Source: Octopus bimaculoides (lineage: Eukaryota). From it: a DNA stretch of 64,000 bases. Positions 12,786 through 27,830 of the stretch are shown here, piece after piece. The stretch's first letter is position 1; each line of letters starts with the position of its first letter. Under the pieces are notes generated by a model, which was given only the letters and a program-made list of their open reading frames with translations, was not told the origin of the DNA and ran no database searches. The position numbers were made by a program, and so were the translations under genes. Where the stretch lies: NCBI RefSeq assembly GCF_001194135.2, contig NC_068997.1, positions 56,561,578 to 56,625,577 of the forward strand, read 5' to 3'.

Positions 12786-13902
12786 AGCAAGAATTTAACA
12801 TTAGAAAAGATTTGTGAAGTTATCTTTTAAATTTATTACGTTTAGTTGAAATATTTTTCTCTAAGATAAAAAAAAAATGCTACTCAGATTCGTTCAATAT
12901 TTATTGTAACTGCCTTCTGTTTAATTTTTTTTTTCTTTTTAGTGAAGCAGGGTAGCTCAATGGTTAAAGTATCCAACTTAAGAATCAAAAGTTTTGAGTG
13001 ACATAACATCACAAATTTCAAATTTCGACTTTCTTTTAGTTGTGTTATGCGAAATAAGGAAAACTGGTTGGAAAATCGATTTTGGGAAACTATGTAACGA
13101 AGTTGATTGATTTGAATATAATGTTTAGTTATGTTGAGAAATGAATTTTTCGGAACTATTTATTTCGAGAGAGAGAAAATGTGTTTGTTTTTCTTTCTCT
13201 CAGAGATGAAGAGTTGGTCCTGATATCTTAGAATTCTCCTCTCCACATGACATCCAAACTTATCCAAAGGAAAACTCCTAAGGCTTCCTGTGTTGCTTTA
13301 TGCAAGTGATTATCATTAACGAACTGTGAAATACTAGCTTAGAGAATTTTCGAGATTGGGTTGGATTTTCTACCCGCTATTAATTTGCTTACCAAGTAAG
13401 AGAAGAGTATGGGCCAACCTGGGAAATGTTATGCAGTAAATCTCTCTACCAGAAAAATTCAAATATCCTTCAGCTCACATCCTGCCATTGCGAAAAGGAA
13501 GAGCATTCCGGGTAATATATTCTTTATACATTGAATCTGAATCGAAGGCATGAAAGTCTTTTGGTTAAGTTTTGACATGCGTTGGAAACAACAACAACGA
13601 AAACAACACTAAGTTTGGATCTGCTTGATTCGAGCTAATTTAGAGTGACACAACCATAGCAGCCTTCAAGGAAGTCATTGAAGAAACCTCGTAAGAGTTC
13701 CACCATAGAAATTACAAAAAGGATGTACGTGCAGGCTGGTGTTGTCTTTGATACCCTAAGCCTAAAATAAACTGAAGGATCAATAACGGATTATCGTTAA
13801 TTATAGGTCCGCTGTTATATTAAGGTTAGTGTGGGGACTAGGACTAAACAATAACAACAACGGTTACAACTACTGCTGCTACTACTACTACTACTGCTGC
13901 TA

Positions 13903-13934
<32 letters not shown>

Positions 13935-14849
13935 AACCTCAGCTATAATTACAGCATCAGTAACAATATTAGCAGCAACAATTTTGTAAACTGAATGGAA
14001 TGACCAAATAAAAGTGAAAGGTATTGACACAGAAAGAAACCATTAAAAATATCACCGGTTACAGAGGCATCAAGGAAAGCTCTACGTGGTTACTCACTCT
14101 ACTAGAAATAGCAGTTCCCAAACCTGGAATCACACACCGCTTTGGTTCGTGTAACATTAGAAAGAATTACTTTGCATTTAATGCAAAATATCTCTTCTTT
14201 GATTATAGGTTTGGTGAATTAGAACTGAAGTGGGGTTAAACAATGATAGCACCACCACCATTAATAGCACCACCACCATTAACACCACCACCACCACAAC
14301 AACAACAACACAATACGCTTGTAATTTCACAAAAACATGTCACAATGAACAATAGACGCAGACAACAAATGATCAGATTTGCATTGACTTATCTGTATTT
14401 CTTAACGTTGAAATTACAATTTAGTGGGACTTAAAGAGAGACGACAGCAGATAATTTAGTTCTAGAAACATTTTCTCTCAATAAATTGCTGTTGAAGAGA
14501 CCATTATATTTGTAAATAGTGTTGCCAAAGATTAAAACGTCTTGGCTAATATAAACGATAGCTTTCATCTTTGTGTACGAGATTTGTATTTTGTCATTTC
14601 TACACATTTCCTAACCATGAAGTGTGACTCACTTTCGGAAGGTGTAAAGAGTGAATAAACTCTCTGAAGTCGGAAACTTCAGATTTCTTTGGTTCCAAAA
14701 CATTTGATATGGTTGTCTACCAGTCCTTAGCAGTAGCGACAATGTTCGATTCCTAATACTTAGCATAACCAGTTCTATCACATTTTCTGAAGATGATTTA
14801 ATTCAGTGGAATCTTCTCAGTGGTTACATTAGATAAAGTTTTACTGGAA

Positions 14850-15950
14850 ACTTTTCACATCATTATAATCCAAGCATGAAAGGTCACCAGCCTCATGGCT
14901 GCTGTATACTCAGCCTCTTGATCCATCTCTGCTGAATTTAGAGATGTTGAGGGGAAAAACCCTCCTTCCCTGAGATATGAGAAGACCAGGTTAAATTAGA
15001 TCACAAACACCTCTCCTTTAGCATCGGATGTTACAGAAATCGAAATGATCATCCATGAACTGAATAAATACCAAATTGTAATGGCTATATGCATTAATGA
15101 AGGAAAGTCAGTGGGTTTGCAGCTGAACATTTGTTGAAGTAAAGCCGTAGTGAGTTGTTTTGTAGATTGGCCGAAAATCCTGATGAAATAGTGTCTTGCT
15201 CAATAAACCCTTCACATGGGTAAAATTATTGTGAAGACAGTTAGACACACGACGACATGGACTTAGAGGAAGTTACTCGTCAATGGTGGAATAGAAGTTG
15301 TGATTATAAATAGCATCTCTAATGTGTATCACTGCCCGACAGTTGTATCTTGTTTCAGTTTTCAACTGATCAGGTTGTAGTGCCTTATGATGTATTAAGA
15401 TGGTCCCATGTGTAAGGATTCTTGGACAGTGACAAGGTGTAAGGGGCCACTTGTGAGTCACGATATACTGCCGTTTACTGCATTGTCTGAATTGCATTTA
15501 TGGATCAAACGTTGACCGAGATCGGATAACTATTGTCGAGAATGTTGATCAGTTCTCACAATCGCAGTCAGGTCACATAACAGGCAGTAGAACTTATCAA
15601 TGGAAGTTGGTAAGAGTGACGATGTTCTCGCAGAAATTCTGGGCTTCAATGAAAATCAAGCTGACAGCTTTTCCCAGAGGTTTTGCAGTCAGGTGATTAT
15701 AGAAAGTTTCCAGAAATTGGGAATATTAGCAGTATGAGAGCAATGAGCATCGAAATATTGGTTCCTATGTGAATATTTTGAGAGATGGGTGAAAATGGTG
15801 GGAATTGCCCGTTTGAAAGACTAATATCTATAGATGGCTGTAACCCAGAGAAGAGATCTAGGAGAGGACAGTTAGTTATGGTTAAGCTATTCTTGCACCT
15901 GAGAGTTTCCTTGATTGGCCCCATGATAGCTCTCCCACTATTCAAAAAAA
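14850..15950 (+). mobile_element. Tx1/L1-clade LINE RT C-terminal remnant, heavily degenerate
   Basis: SDVTEIEMIIHELNKYQIVMAICINEGKSVGLQL (~15020-15130) and TWT*RKLLVNGGIEVVIINSISNVYHCPTVVSC (~15255-15355). These resemble the Tx1 INxxKS and W..R.LS..GR motifs. Many stops. Confidence 0.6.
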
Positions 15951-16803
15951 TTCATTTACCAACTTTCCCACAGTTTTGTTCTTCATACCTAATCCATCTT
16001 TTACTAATCACCAACTTCGTAATTCGTCCTACGTTTCCAGTCAACCGTGGCTCTTGTAGCAAATAAACCTCCTCGTCATTATTATTATTATTATTTGATT
16101 TTTCTTCTTATTCGTTTGACTCAAATAAAAACTACAAATGTTGTAGATATGCAAACAGGAAAGATTCGGCATCGGTCAACATCAGTTATCCTTATTCTCA
16201 AATTTCTTACACATCCTTTCTTCCTTTCTCTTCTTGTATCCCTCATTCCCCCTCTCACACTTCTCTTTCTTTCTCTGCTTATTTGTCTTTTTCTTTAATT
16301 TCTTTTATAAATTTTATATATTTTTTATTGATAAATTGTATAATTTAAAAATAAAAAATCTACTGCTTTTATTTATTCGTAATATTTATATATATTTTTT
16401 TTTTTAACAAAGAACATCTCTCCCTCGGGCCCAGTTTAAATCGATTATATTGGATTTTGTTTGATTCTAACTTGAATTGTTCCAAAACGTCAGACATAAT
16501 TTCCACCTGAAGCTTTACTCTGGCATTCTAAGTCTTTTATTATTCTAATGTTATGGCATAAGTCTGCTAACAATGGACATTAAGACTTCGCCTATTCAAT
16601 TATGTCTTACATTAAACTGTAGCGAAACATGAAAAGCAGACATTTTTCCGCCATGTTCTTCTGCCGCCATACACACTTGGTGCAGCGTTTTAGAGTCTAC
16701 GATGGTGGGATGCAGGTTAAGACGTTTTCTTTTGTTTTTTTAGTAAGGTGACTAATACAAATTAGGATCCCTACATACATCTGTATTTTTCTCNNNNNNN
16801 NNN

Positions 16804-16847
<44 letters not shown>

Positions 16848-17248
16848 AGCATAGGTATATATTTGTTTGCATTCGTGTGTGTGTGAATGCAAATATGTGA
16901 GTTTAATATTATTTTTATACTAGTTTACAGATTTATAGTTATATAAAACAATGCACAAATAAATCAATGTATTTAACTATGTTTGTGATAGTTCGTTAAT
17001 GATCTTCTTACCAACAGGCACATTCTACACACAATCTCTCTCTCTCTCTCTCTCTCTCAGATATGCATGTAAGCCTACCCACAATTATATATATATGTAG
17101 TAGTGGTATGTTCAATTATAATAAAAACAATGTTGCCTTCATCTGATTGGTCACTCTATACTTTTGTAGAGTTCAAATTTATTATTTTCAAGCCAGAATG
17201 CTATTGTGACTTGGAAATCGCGGCCAGTTAAGCAAACGTCCTTCTGCC

Positions 17249-17293
17249 ATTCCGACGATGGCTTCAGTTGAAACTTCGAAGTCACTATCAATA
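17249..17293 (+). repeat. Short dispersed repeat with decayed hammerhead-like core (CCGACGA...GAAAC)
   Basis: ATTCCGACGATGGCTTCAGTTGAAACTTCGAAGTCACTATCAATA aligns with 51111-51157. Confidence 0.4.
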
Positions 17294-18429
17294 ATATTCT
17301 TGCTTAATTATAATCAACACCCACACACCCACCCATATATGTTTATAAAAGTGACAGAGGGCACTCAGTAGTACCAACATTTCTAGAAATAAGAGTAAGC
17401 GAGACAAGTTCCCTAACGGACGTAGCCAGATCCCCGGTGATTTCGAATTATTAATTCTGACTAATGTTAACCCACACGCACGTGTTTGCTTCAGGAATGA
17501 AAAAATTACAATTTCTGCAAGAATTCCATTTCCAAATAAATCCCGAAGCTCATCTTATAAGAGCAAACAGTTTCGTTGTTGCTCTGGACGTTTTCCTCTC
17601 CTTTTATTAACCACGTGACAAACCTAATCAATTAATGAATGAAACCTACAGAATCTTTACCCATCGCATACATATAGTTCGTATCTTGATTCCAGTCATC
17701 TCGCTGAAGCTAGGTAAACGTTAAGCTAATGAAAAGATTTTCTCTAATACATCTTAATACTAGAAGGAAAACTTAACAAGAGGTGGCTTTAACGATAACA
17801 GATGTCACACGGCGGCCTTCAGCTTCCACCCTTTTATACAAACAAAAATAGAATAAATAAAATTACACGCTCCTCACCCCAATTCAGTCAATACATCAAC
17901 TGACCAAAGCAACTTTAATCTCCACAAAAACCATTTCCTTGTTGAATTATAATTACTCAACAGATCTTGAAAAATAGACATCAATTTATTATATTCCATC
18001 AGCCGTAATTTCTCTTCTTAGGCCTTTAAGTATAGCAAATAGAACGAAACCACAATGCAACCACACAGAATCTCCTGTAACAATAATAATACCCACAACT
18101 GCTCGTAGACTGCTTGACTGATGATGTAGAATACCATTATATAATTACCTTTAATAACAATGTCACTAAATCCCTTTAAATGTAAATTTTATACTTAAAC
18201 ATGTGTTTCGAATTCCAGACTGAAATGTACAAATTGCTATGGTTTCCTACCTTTGGTCATTAAAGAAAATTACGATATACTTTCCCCTAAAATGTACAGA
18301 AATGTACTTTAATAAACAATAAACCCTACAATTTTTGTACAACAAACGGTGCCAAATGCTAAATGCTGCTGAAACTACATTAGACAACTGCTATAGAAAA
18401 GGCTGCCTATATTTCTACATATGTATTGC

Positions 18430-18515
<86 letters not shown>

Positions 18516-19061
18516 ATATGTGTGTGCGTATTTATATGTATCAGTGTATATGCTGATGTAGATATACATATAATATTTTTTATTCTGAACGCATAAAACA
18601 ATATATATATATATATATACACACACACATATACATATATATAAATGCGTGTATGCCAGAATGAATGCCTTCAGCTGTAATGACATTCTTTAAACTGATT
18701 TGTCGTCAGATATTTAAATGTTTTATTTTCATTGTTTTATTTTGTTTGGGGTCTTTTGTCACCTTCGTCATCTTGCAACTTTCATTCAAATACAAAATGT
18801 GAACTCCAGCACGATTTTGTTTCCCATTGTTAATTCCTTACATTATCTATCTCCCTCTCTCCCTCTTTTCCTCTCTCTATATATGTCTCCCTCTCGTTTC
18901 TTATTTCTCTATTTCCCACTCTCACCTTTTTGGCAATGAGATTCTATTTCTCTTTTTCCCTCATAATCTCATACTTCAGAACTCTTCCTATTCCTTCCAC
19001 TCTCTGCGCGTCTCCCTTTATTCCTACATGTGTGTTTGCGTGTGCGTTTGTTCGTGTTTGC

Positions 19062-19116
<55 letters not shown>

Positions 19117-19394
19117 CACCCCTGTATTTGTAATATCTTGCTCTCTGATTGTCTCACTACGTTGCCCTGTCTATCTCTTATTTTAGATGTCGATTTGAAG
19201 ATACTCCAAACATTTAATTATAGATTGTTTCCTAATGAGGTTTTGCGTCCACTTTGGAAGTGAAAAATAAGATAGAAAAAAATAAATACCGAAAATTTGA
19301 AAAGAGAACCAGCACCCGCCACTCCTATAAATATATTTACTACAGCCATACAAATGTATGTACACACAAACAAGTTTATATAAATACATACACA

Positions 19395-19438
<44 letters not shown>

Positions 19439-19921
19439 TGTGTGTGTACACATGCAAGTACACAAATACACGCGTATTTGTATGCATACAAACGCAAACA
19501 CGCTTGTGTGCTTGTATGTACACAACACAAAGCCAGGCATACCTGTGAGTGTGTGAGTGTGTGTGTGTGTGTGTACTTTCTGCATGTGTTTTAGTCTTTC
19601 AAATGCTTTTGTGCACAACCAATGAATGCTTCTTGGTTTGAAATCACTACTATTGTTGTCAGTTATCATTTTATTAACAAGCAGGCATGCCCAAGTGAAA
19701 ATGCTGACAGAGCTGTTTGAATACGCATAGAAATTCATTCTGAACTCAAAATAAAATTGAAAAATAAATGAAAATATTTCTTAAGTATCACAAATTGATT
19801 TGAAATGAAAGAAAAATAAAATTAAAGTACACTACATCCCTACATTCTCTCACCATGCTTTTCTCGCTTTTACGCAAGATACATGCATATACATACATAC
19901 GTATGTATAAATACATACATT

Positions 19922-19970
<49 letters not shown>

Positions 19971-20122
19971 GTATGTATGTATATATACATGTTTGTGTAT
20001 ATATACATATGTATGTATACACAAACATGCATATATATATATACATATATATGCATATGTGTACCTATATATAAATATACATATATATGTATACACACAC
20101 ACACATTGATTNNNNNNNNNNN

Positions 20123-20175
<53 letters not shown>

Positions 20176-21818
20176 ATACGCAGACATAGAACCACAAACT
20201 AATTACACAATACACAAAAATATAAGCATAGAAAAATAAAAGATTATGCAAACTAGATCCTAAGTGTGATGCCATTTTAAGAGACTTGCAGAGTGTTAGA
20301 GAAAGATTCACTTGAATATGATCTGATTTAATACCTTGGCAGAGAGCTTAGCACCAAGAAAATAGCAACTACTAATACTATAGAAATGGCAGAAAAAGCA
20401 AAATCGAAGCAACAGAAAAGAAACTAAAAGAGGAAAAGTGAGAGAAGGTTGTTAGGAAATATTGTTCTGAGGTGGACTATCAAAACAAAAATATAAATTA
20501 ATGCATAAAAAGATAATGAAATAAAATTAAGGAAAATGGAAAGAAAGCAAATAAGAAATATCAACGAAAAAAAGACGTACGCAAAAATGGCACAGTAAAG
20601 ACATGAAATATTAAAAAAAAAAAAACTGGAACAAAATAAACTCAAAATTATGAATAAGAAAAACAAAAGTTGGAACAAAAAACGTGTGAATGTGTTTCAG
20701 ATGAGGCGATCAGAGTTTCAAGTTCAACAACGTAAATCCCATCAACAGATATTATATAACTTTCACCGTTGCACTAAACAATCGCATTATGCAGTGATTA
20801 GATGCAATTCTTTCTTAGGTTCACATATGCACGCACGCAAACACACATATATGTATATATATTTGAGTATATTTATGCATATGCAATTATATGTACATGT
20901 ATATAGATGTATATATGTTCACACACGCACTCACGTATATGAAACGAGAAATTCAATATTACACTGACAAGATCTATTAGGATTGCAATACGTATATGCT
21001 AGTGAGTGGTTATTAGGCTTATTGTTACTGTTACTGTAATTATAATTATTTTTATTATTAATAATCCTGTTGTTGTTATAATTCCGTACCTTTACATGTA
21101 TTGCACACTTTCACTGCACAGCCAAATGCATCTTTACTTGCCTTGGGTACAGTGCTTCAGTATATCATGGACTGTATCTGCAAATATGTCCTTCTCTCTG
21201 TGAGGTTGTGTGTGATTTAAAACCGATTTAGCTGCTGTATCTAGCACCTCCTGAATCATTTTATAGGTTCCTGTATTGGTTACTGCTTAAGGTTTTCCTT
21301 AATTGATGTAGCATTACTCCAAGTTAGCTCTAACTGAGCAGGCCTGAAAAAACACACATGAACCTTCACTGTCTTTTTTTAGAGTTTTATAAGAGTTTAG
21401 GAAACAGCTATTCAGAACAAATCATCGGCTTCTTCCATTATGTGCTTCTATATATCCATTCATGCGTCCATCCGTCTATGTGAGTATATTAGAGAGATTG
21501 TGTGTATGTGCGTATACACATGGTAGCATACAGTAATATTTTGATATTACTGTATGTGATATAAGAGAGAGATTTGACTATTTTATTAGATGCAATCGAT
21601 CTGTAGTTAGAGCGAACACAAACAATACTTGCAAATCACTGTCATCTTATTCTAACGAATAGCGCGAATGGTAGGGAGTGATTTGATTATTTCTACGGTT
21701 TAATTCTCCAAGAAGAGACTAGGCGTCATCACAAAACCAACACAAGTCCATTTATGTTTTCATTTTCTAATTATTTGTAAATACACACACATATATACAC
21801 CTCCTCTTTTGTAATTTA

Positions 21819-22245
21819 ATGGCAGAGAATTTTCATCCACTACCAATCAGCCTGACCCTCCAGAGCCAAGAAAACGAGATTGCATGTATAAACAACAATT
21901 GCAGCGATGTGATCGACAAACCCGTCAACACCAAACAGTTCCCCAGACACCTGACCCTGAATGGCTATCCACCATCTTTAGCGAAACAACAGTGCCTAAA
22001 AAGCATCAGGGCCAATAAACGCCGGAAGAACCATCATAGTCCCAAGTCCGACACGTGCTTCCTAAAGCTACCACATTTTGCTGACAGAACTACTGCAGCG
22101 ATATAACGCGCAGCCCGCAGGGACGGACTCGACATACAGATAGTTCACACCGGCGGCCCTTCCTTGCGGAACGCTCTGTCCAAGAACAACACTTCTCACT
22201 ACTCCGAGGAATTCACATTATCGAAATGCCCCGTCAGTGTCCCTA
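21819..22245 (+). mobile_element. Penelope-like element remnant (RT thumb/linker region)
   Basis: LTLNGYPPSLAKQQCLKS...CFLKLPHFADRTTAAI*RAARRDGLDIQIVHTGGPSLRNALS...CPV. NGYP and LKLP(Y/H) are PLE motifs. Confidence 0.65.
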
Positions 22246-22308
22246 TCTATTTTAAACTAAACTGTTGAGTTTTATGGGCTTTCTTTCCATAAATTCACAC
22301 AATACATC

Positions 22309-22375
<67 letters not shown>

Positions 22376-22453
22376 NNNNNNNNNNNNNNNNNNNNNNNNN
22401 NNNNNNNNNNNNNNNNNNNNNNNNNNNNNNNNNNNNNNNNNNNNNNNNNNNNN

Positions 22454-22506
<53 letters not shown>

Positions 22507-23232
22507 CAGGAGAGAGAGAGAGAAATGTTCACATAAAACCAATAATTCAATCAGTACTTAAATATCTGATTTTTCACGTTTCTCTCAGCCTTGATTTTTC
22601 CATTCACGAAACCATGTGTGAATAATTCATCGGTCAATGGTATGTTAATACAAGCAGAGAATTAAAGAAGAATATTTTTGAAATTTCAATATCATAACTA
22701 ATTTAAAATTGAAATATTTTTTTATATAATATATTCATATTTTAATTACAAAGGAAGCTTCCGAAAAGGATAAAAACATAAATCGGTTTGAAATTTCCAT
22801 AATATCAAAAGCGATTGGATAAAACTGGTATTTCTAACCAGTAAATAATGTTGAGGTAACAATTTCATACACTTGATACTAAATGGTACTGTCCACTAAA
22901 GAGAATATATTTTGTTTTACTAATTAATGAAGCGAATTCTGAGTTAATTGTCATTCATTAATTCTGCAACTCATTAAATGAACTGAGTGGTCAAAATGAA
23001 ATGTCTCGCAGTAATTAATTATAGAGCTGGGTTCGATACCTCCTCGAAAGTAAGTTTGTAAATTATTTCTCTGGAGCTAATAAAACAAGTATCTGTTAAA
23101 TACCGGCGTTGACTTCTGCATAAGTTAGAAATCATTAATCCAATCCTTTCAGCAGGTTTTTGACAGCTCATTCTTGCATTCGCAGACATATACCTACTCA
23201 AGAACAAACACGCATACACAAGCGAACTCAAA

Positions 23233-23271
<39 letters not shown>

Positions 23272-23386
23272 GGAATCATGAACACAAACACACACACGCT
23301 GGCACTCAATCACACACATACATATATAGAAAAACACTGAGTCAAGAGCACACGCTACATGCATGCGCAGAGACGCAATTATGAAT

Positions 23387-23426
<40 letters not shown>

Positions 23427-23565
23427 TAGTTTTAGGGAAAATAACCAATTTTCAAGAACTCATCGATGAAAATCCACTATCACGTATAGAAAAATTAATA
23501 ATTAAAAGCACAATAAATGAGTATAATATAAAGTAAAGTAAATATAATATAAATATAATAAAAAG

Positions 23566-23844
23566 NNNNNNNNNNNNNNNNNNNNNNNNNNNNNNNNNNN
23601 NNNNNNNNNNNNNNNNNNNNNNNNNNNNNNNNNNNNNNNNNNNNNNNNNNNNNNNNNNNNNNNNNNNNNNNNNNNNNNNNNNNNNNNNNNNNNNNNNNNN
23701 NNNNNNNNNNNNNNNNNNNNNNNNNNNNNNNNNNNNNNNNNNNNNNNNNNNNNNNNNNNNNNNNNNNNNNNNNNNNNNNNNNNNNNNNNNNNNNNNNNNN
23801 NNNNNNNNNNNNNNNNNNNNNNNNNNNNNNNNNNNNNNNNNNNN
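23566..23844. other. Assembly gap (largest of seven)
   Basis: N run. The others are 2212-2353, 16794-16803, 20112-20122, 22376-22453, 24786-24860 and 58618-58627, nearly all beside microsatellites. Confidence 0.99.
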
Positions 23845-23878
<34 letters not shown>

Positions 23879-25499
23879 GTACGATTATAGGTATATATTT
23901 ATTCTGCTGCAAAGTTCTGCATCCCATTCTAACTGTTTATGAGAGAAAGGTAAACCATTGTCATTCAACAAAACAAGTGTCAGATTAACAACAGTAGCGC
24001 TTTCCTACCTGAATAAATAAGTCATTTACACTATGCCCCAGCATGGCCGTAGTCTAGCCGTTTAAAACGCTAAAACAATAAAAAGTCATGGTTGTGGTTG
24101 CTGGGATCATCAACCTCATTATTATTATTATTATTGTTAGTAGTAGTAATAGTAGTAGTAGTATATACACTGGCGTCCATGACACCAAATCGTTTGCTAT
24201 CAGTGATTTCAATGTCGTTTATGTTTTGGAAAAACACAACGTACAAATTTCTCCTTTGCTAGCGTTTGCTTTTTGCTCCGTGCATCATCTCTCTTTTCTT
24301 CCATGTCTGACACTTACTGTAATATGTTTGTTTACTCTTGTTGTCTTAATGCAAGAGTTGATGGCAATTGCACACCTATCATTTGCGACTCCATTTGTAA
24401 TGGCAGTCGTCGGTATATGAGACACACACACACATGTACATACATACACATTCATATATACATATGTATATATGTATGTGTGTGTATGCATATGTATATG
24501 TACAGATGTATGTATTTATTTATGTATGTATATGCTTCTGTTTTAAAGACACATGTTGCCAATGAGCCTGTGTGTTGTGATGTTCCGTGTTGAATTGTTT
24601 TGATGTATTTACTTAACTCTTTGAGAAGTTTGCAAAGCAAATATCACTTATCAGTCACCTATTACAGGAATACATTACTTCGTAAACATTTGTTTTATGT
24701 ATACAGTGTTTATACGTGTGTGTATACATATATACACATATATATACGTATATATATACACATATATATTTATAAATATATATGTNNNNNNNNNNNNNNN
24801 NNNNNNNNNNNNNNNNNNNNNNNNNNNNNNNNNNNNNNNNNNNNNNNNNNNNNNNNNNNNATGTATTTTATATACATGTATATGTGTGTGTATGTATATA
24901 TATATACATGCATGTGCATGTAATGAGGGCAAGTGTGCGTTAAATCATTTTATAAAATACCAACTCAATGCAAGTACCTAAAAACTGTAAGACCTACATT
25001 TGTTACGAATTCAGTGTATTATGCGTGTCTAATCTTTGCGTTCGCGCGTGTGTGAGTGTGTGTGCGCATGTGTACAATTGTATAATTTCTCACACATCTT
25101 GCATTAACGAATCACGTACACACACACACACACACACACTGACGTAGATACATTTTGTGATGAATACATTCATAGATTTCTCATAAGCCATGCATTGGTT
25201 CAGTCTAGTTCCGATCTTGAGATGGTCATCAGTTGTTTGTTTTTCGGTATTTAAAAGCTCATTAACAAACTTTTCTGATTAAATCTATGGCGCATATATC
25301 CCGTCCTACGTTAGGATTGTTATTCCAGATCTAGGAAAAGATAAACAGCAGATCAACTATTCCGTGGTTAAGTCTCAAACCAAAATCCATTTTAATGATA
25401 AATTGGACTCTTCAGGAGTTTCGCAGGTGCTTGTGATGCCGTGGTGCCATTGTTTTATTGTTAATACTGAGGTGTGACACAGATCGGTATGTTACCGGC

Positions 25500-26170
25500 T
25501 CGGAACTAAGAAATGATTTTCAATTGGTTTGTATATACATCAGAAGTGAAGCACAAATTGAATGAGTGATATGAGGGCTGGATAGTGACATACAACAATT
25601 TTTAAGGACCCAGGTACCTTTTTAGATTTGAGTATACACATCATTCTGAGCATCTGGTTTGTGTATGCTAAAAAATCAAAGATGGTTGGTCAATAGTGTT
25701 GTTGAAGAAATACTTAGTAATAGTAAATATAATAGGAACCAAATGGGAAACAAAAAAAAAACCATTACAATAAAAGATATAGATATAAAACAGAACTCAT
25801 GAAACTACAGCCGAAGTTAGAAAGAATCGCACCGTTAAATGCTGATAGGAATAAATGACAACAAAGCAATGAAATACAGAAACAAAGCTAATGGTGATAT
25901 CAAAAGCAATGGAAAAATAACCGATGAAATTATTTGATTTAATCCGATCTTTAATTCACGAGTAAAATCCAGAATAGACCAAGAGTTTTTTTGCAGCATT
26001 ATTAGATAGACACTTCCGAAAATTCTCCAAATATAACAAAATCATAAAAAACACCACGATGTAAGATTAGCATACGCGACCTCCCACCATCTAGAGTACC
26101 GCATAAACTAAACAATACAAAAACTAAATAGAATAAAACTAGAGGAGAGATATGAACCAACCACAGCTAA
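25500..26170 (+). mobile_element. Neptune-type Penelope-like element remnant
   Basis: ~25925-26090 reads EII*FNPIFNSRVKSRI.QEFF..LLDRHF.KFSKYNKII...KISIRDLP across frameshifts, matching the Neptune IIWFNPPYS..VKT.IG..FL.L.D.HF motif. An upstream VPFLDL-like stretch lies near 25615. Confidence 0.6.
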
Positions 26171-26299
26171 CAGAATTGTATGCAACGATAGAATGGTGGA
26201 AAATAATGGTAGTAAAAAACGACTGGATACTGTTCAAGTTACGGACCTTAGCGCTACGAAAATGCTTTTAGAATGCGGTTTATTTGCCACTGGGCCCGC

Positions 26300-26440
26300 A
26301 TTAGGCAAGAAGTTGAAAATATTTCTGGCCCATGACACTCCATGGAGCCTATGTAATTCATGTGTAAAATTTCATTAGAATCGGGTTCTTTGAGTCTTGA
26401 GTTTTAACGACATGACCAACACGCAGACACACACCCTGTT
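26300..26440 (+). mobile_element. Possible DINE-1/Helentron-like 3' fragment
   Basis: CCTATGTAATTCATGTGTAAAATTTCATTAGAATCGGGTTC...GAG...CAGACACAC followed by (CA)n. Confidence 0.3.
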
Positions 26441-27367
26441 TTACACACACACACACATACACACACACACACACACACATATATATGCATACATACAATT
26501 AATTTGTATTAATAATATGTACTAATATGTTTATATGCATACATATAATTAATATGCGTGTGTGTATCTATATGGAAATTCGTATATTAAATATGTATAT
26601 ATATGAAATATATACAGATGCGTGTAAATGTATCTTGTGTGTGTGTGTTTCTGTGTGTATTTATAAATCAACGATATTGAAAAATTTGACAGCAAAATAC
26701 AATTTTCAAACATTGAAAGTTTAAAGTTATAATTTCAGCAGATGAATTGTCTTTGAATTTACGTAAACCAATATATGTACAGGAAAATATGAACACACAC
26801 ACACACAAAAAAAATCGGATTTATCTATATATACGTAGGGATGTACGCATATATATATATGCAAGTATACATATATACAAATATGTATGTATACATAAAT
26901 ATATATAAATATATGTATATAATATATTTATATATAAATGTACTTACACACACACACGCGTGTATATATATATATATATATAAATGAATGACTAAGTAAA
27001 TAAAGGAAGCTAGGAGAATAATGATAAAAAAAAAAATTATTGCAGAACAATGAGAGATAACAAAAGAAAGAAAATGTGTGAACGGAGTTTTATTGATTCA
27101 AACGTCTGAACTGTTTCCAAATATAAGTTTACTAAATATAATTTGATTAATTTTTATTTTCAAATTATATTATTATACAATAGAAAAATATATATGAAAT
27201 CATATAAAAAAGCAATACAACAACAGTAATACCAATGAGTATATAGAAAAATATTTTGTACAAATTTATAAATAAATAAGGTATGCATAAATAGAAAACT
27301 GTTTACATTCAAAAAGGAAAATGTCTCACTTATCACCACTTATTTACGACGAGATTTAAACGTACAA

Positions 27368-27406
<39 letters not shown>

Positions 27407-27699
27407 CCTTATGTGTATGTATATATATACATATATAGATAGATACATATGTGTGCTTTGATATGTGTTTATATATATGAGTGTACATATATACGCATAT
27501 ATATAACGGGAAAAATGTTTAATCATAATAATCGCGATATTATTATTGTTATTATTATTCTACTGAATAAATTCAGTTATTATTACAGTCTGTTGATCCT
27601 TTTGGGCTGACGAATATTATCATTCTAATATATATATATATATATTATTAAGCAAATTGAAGAAAAAGTGAGAAAAGCAACGAAAGTCAATTGTGCGCA

Positions 27700-27830
27700 C
27701 ACAACCAATATATGAGATCAGGAGTAACAATATGACGTTTCGAATAGGTGCTCTTCGTTGGATAGAGGGAAAAGTCCAAAGATGAAAAAAAAGAGGAAGG
27801 GGCACATGGGCCGGTGAAAATCACGAGTGT
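27700..27830 (-). mobile_element. Penelope-type terminal repeat fragment with decayed hammerhead
   Basis: Minus strand reads ATCCAACGA-AGAGC-ACCT-ATTC-GAAACG-TC-ATATT (27730-27763): GAAACGTC intact, CUGANGA mutated. Confidence 0.4.

Noticed and set aside
16030-16066. Minus-strand CTACAAGA-GCCA...TGG-AAACG-TA hammerhead-like string
   Set aside because: Core too damaged to distinguish from chance.
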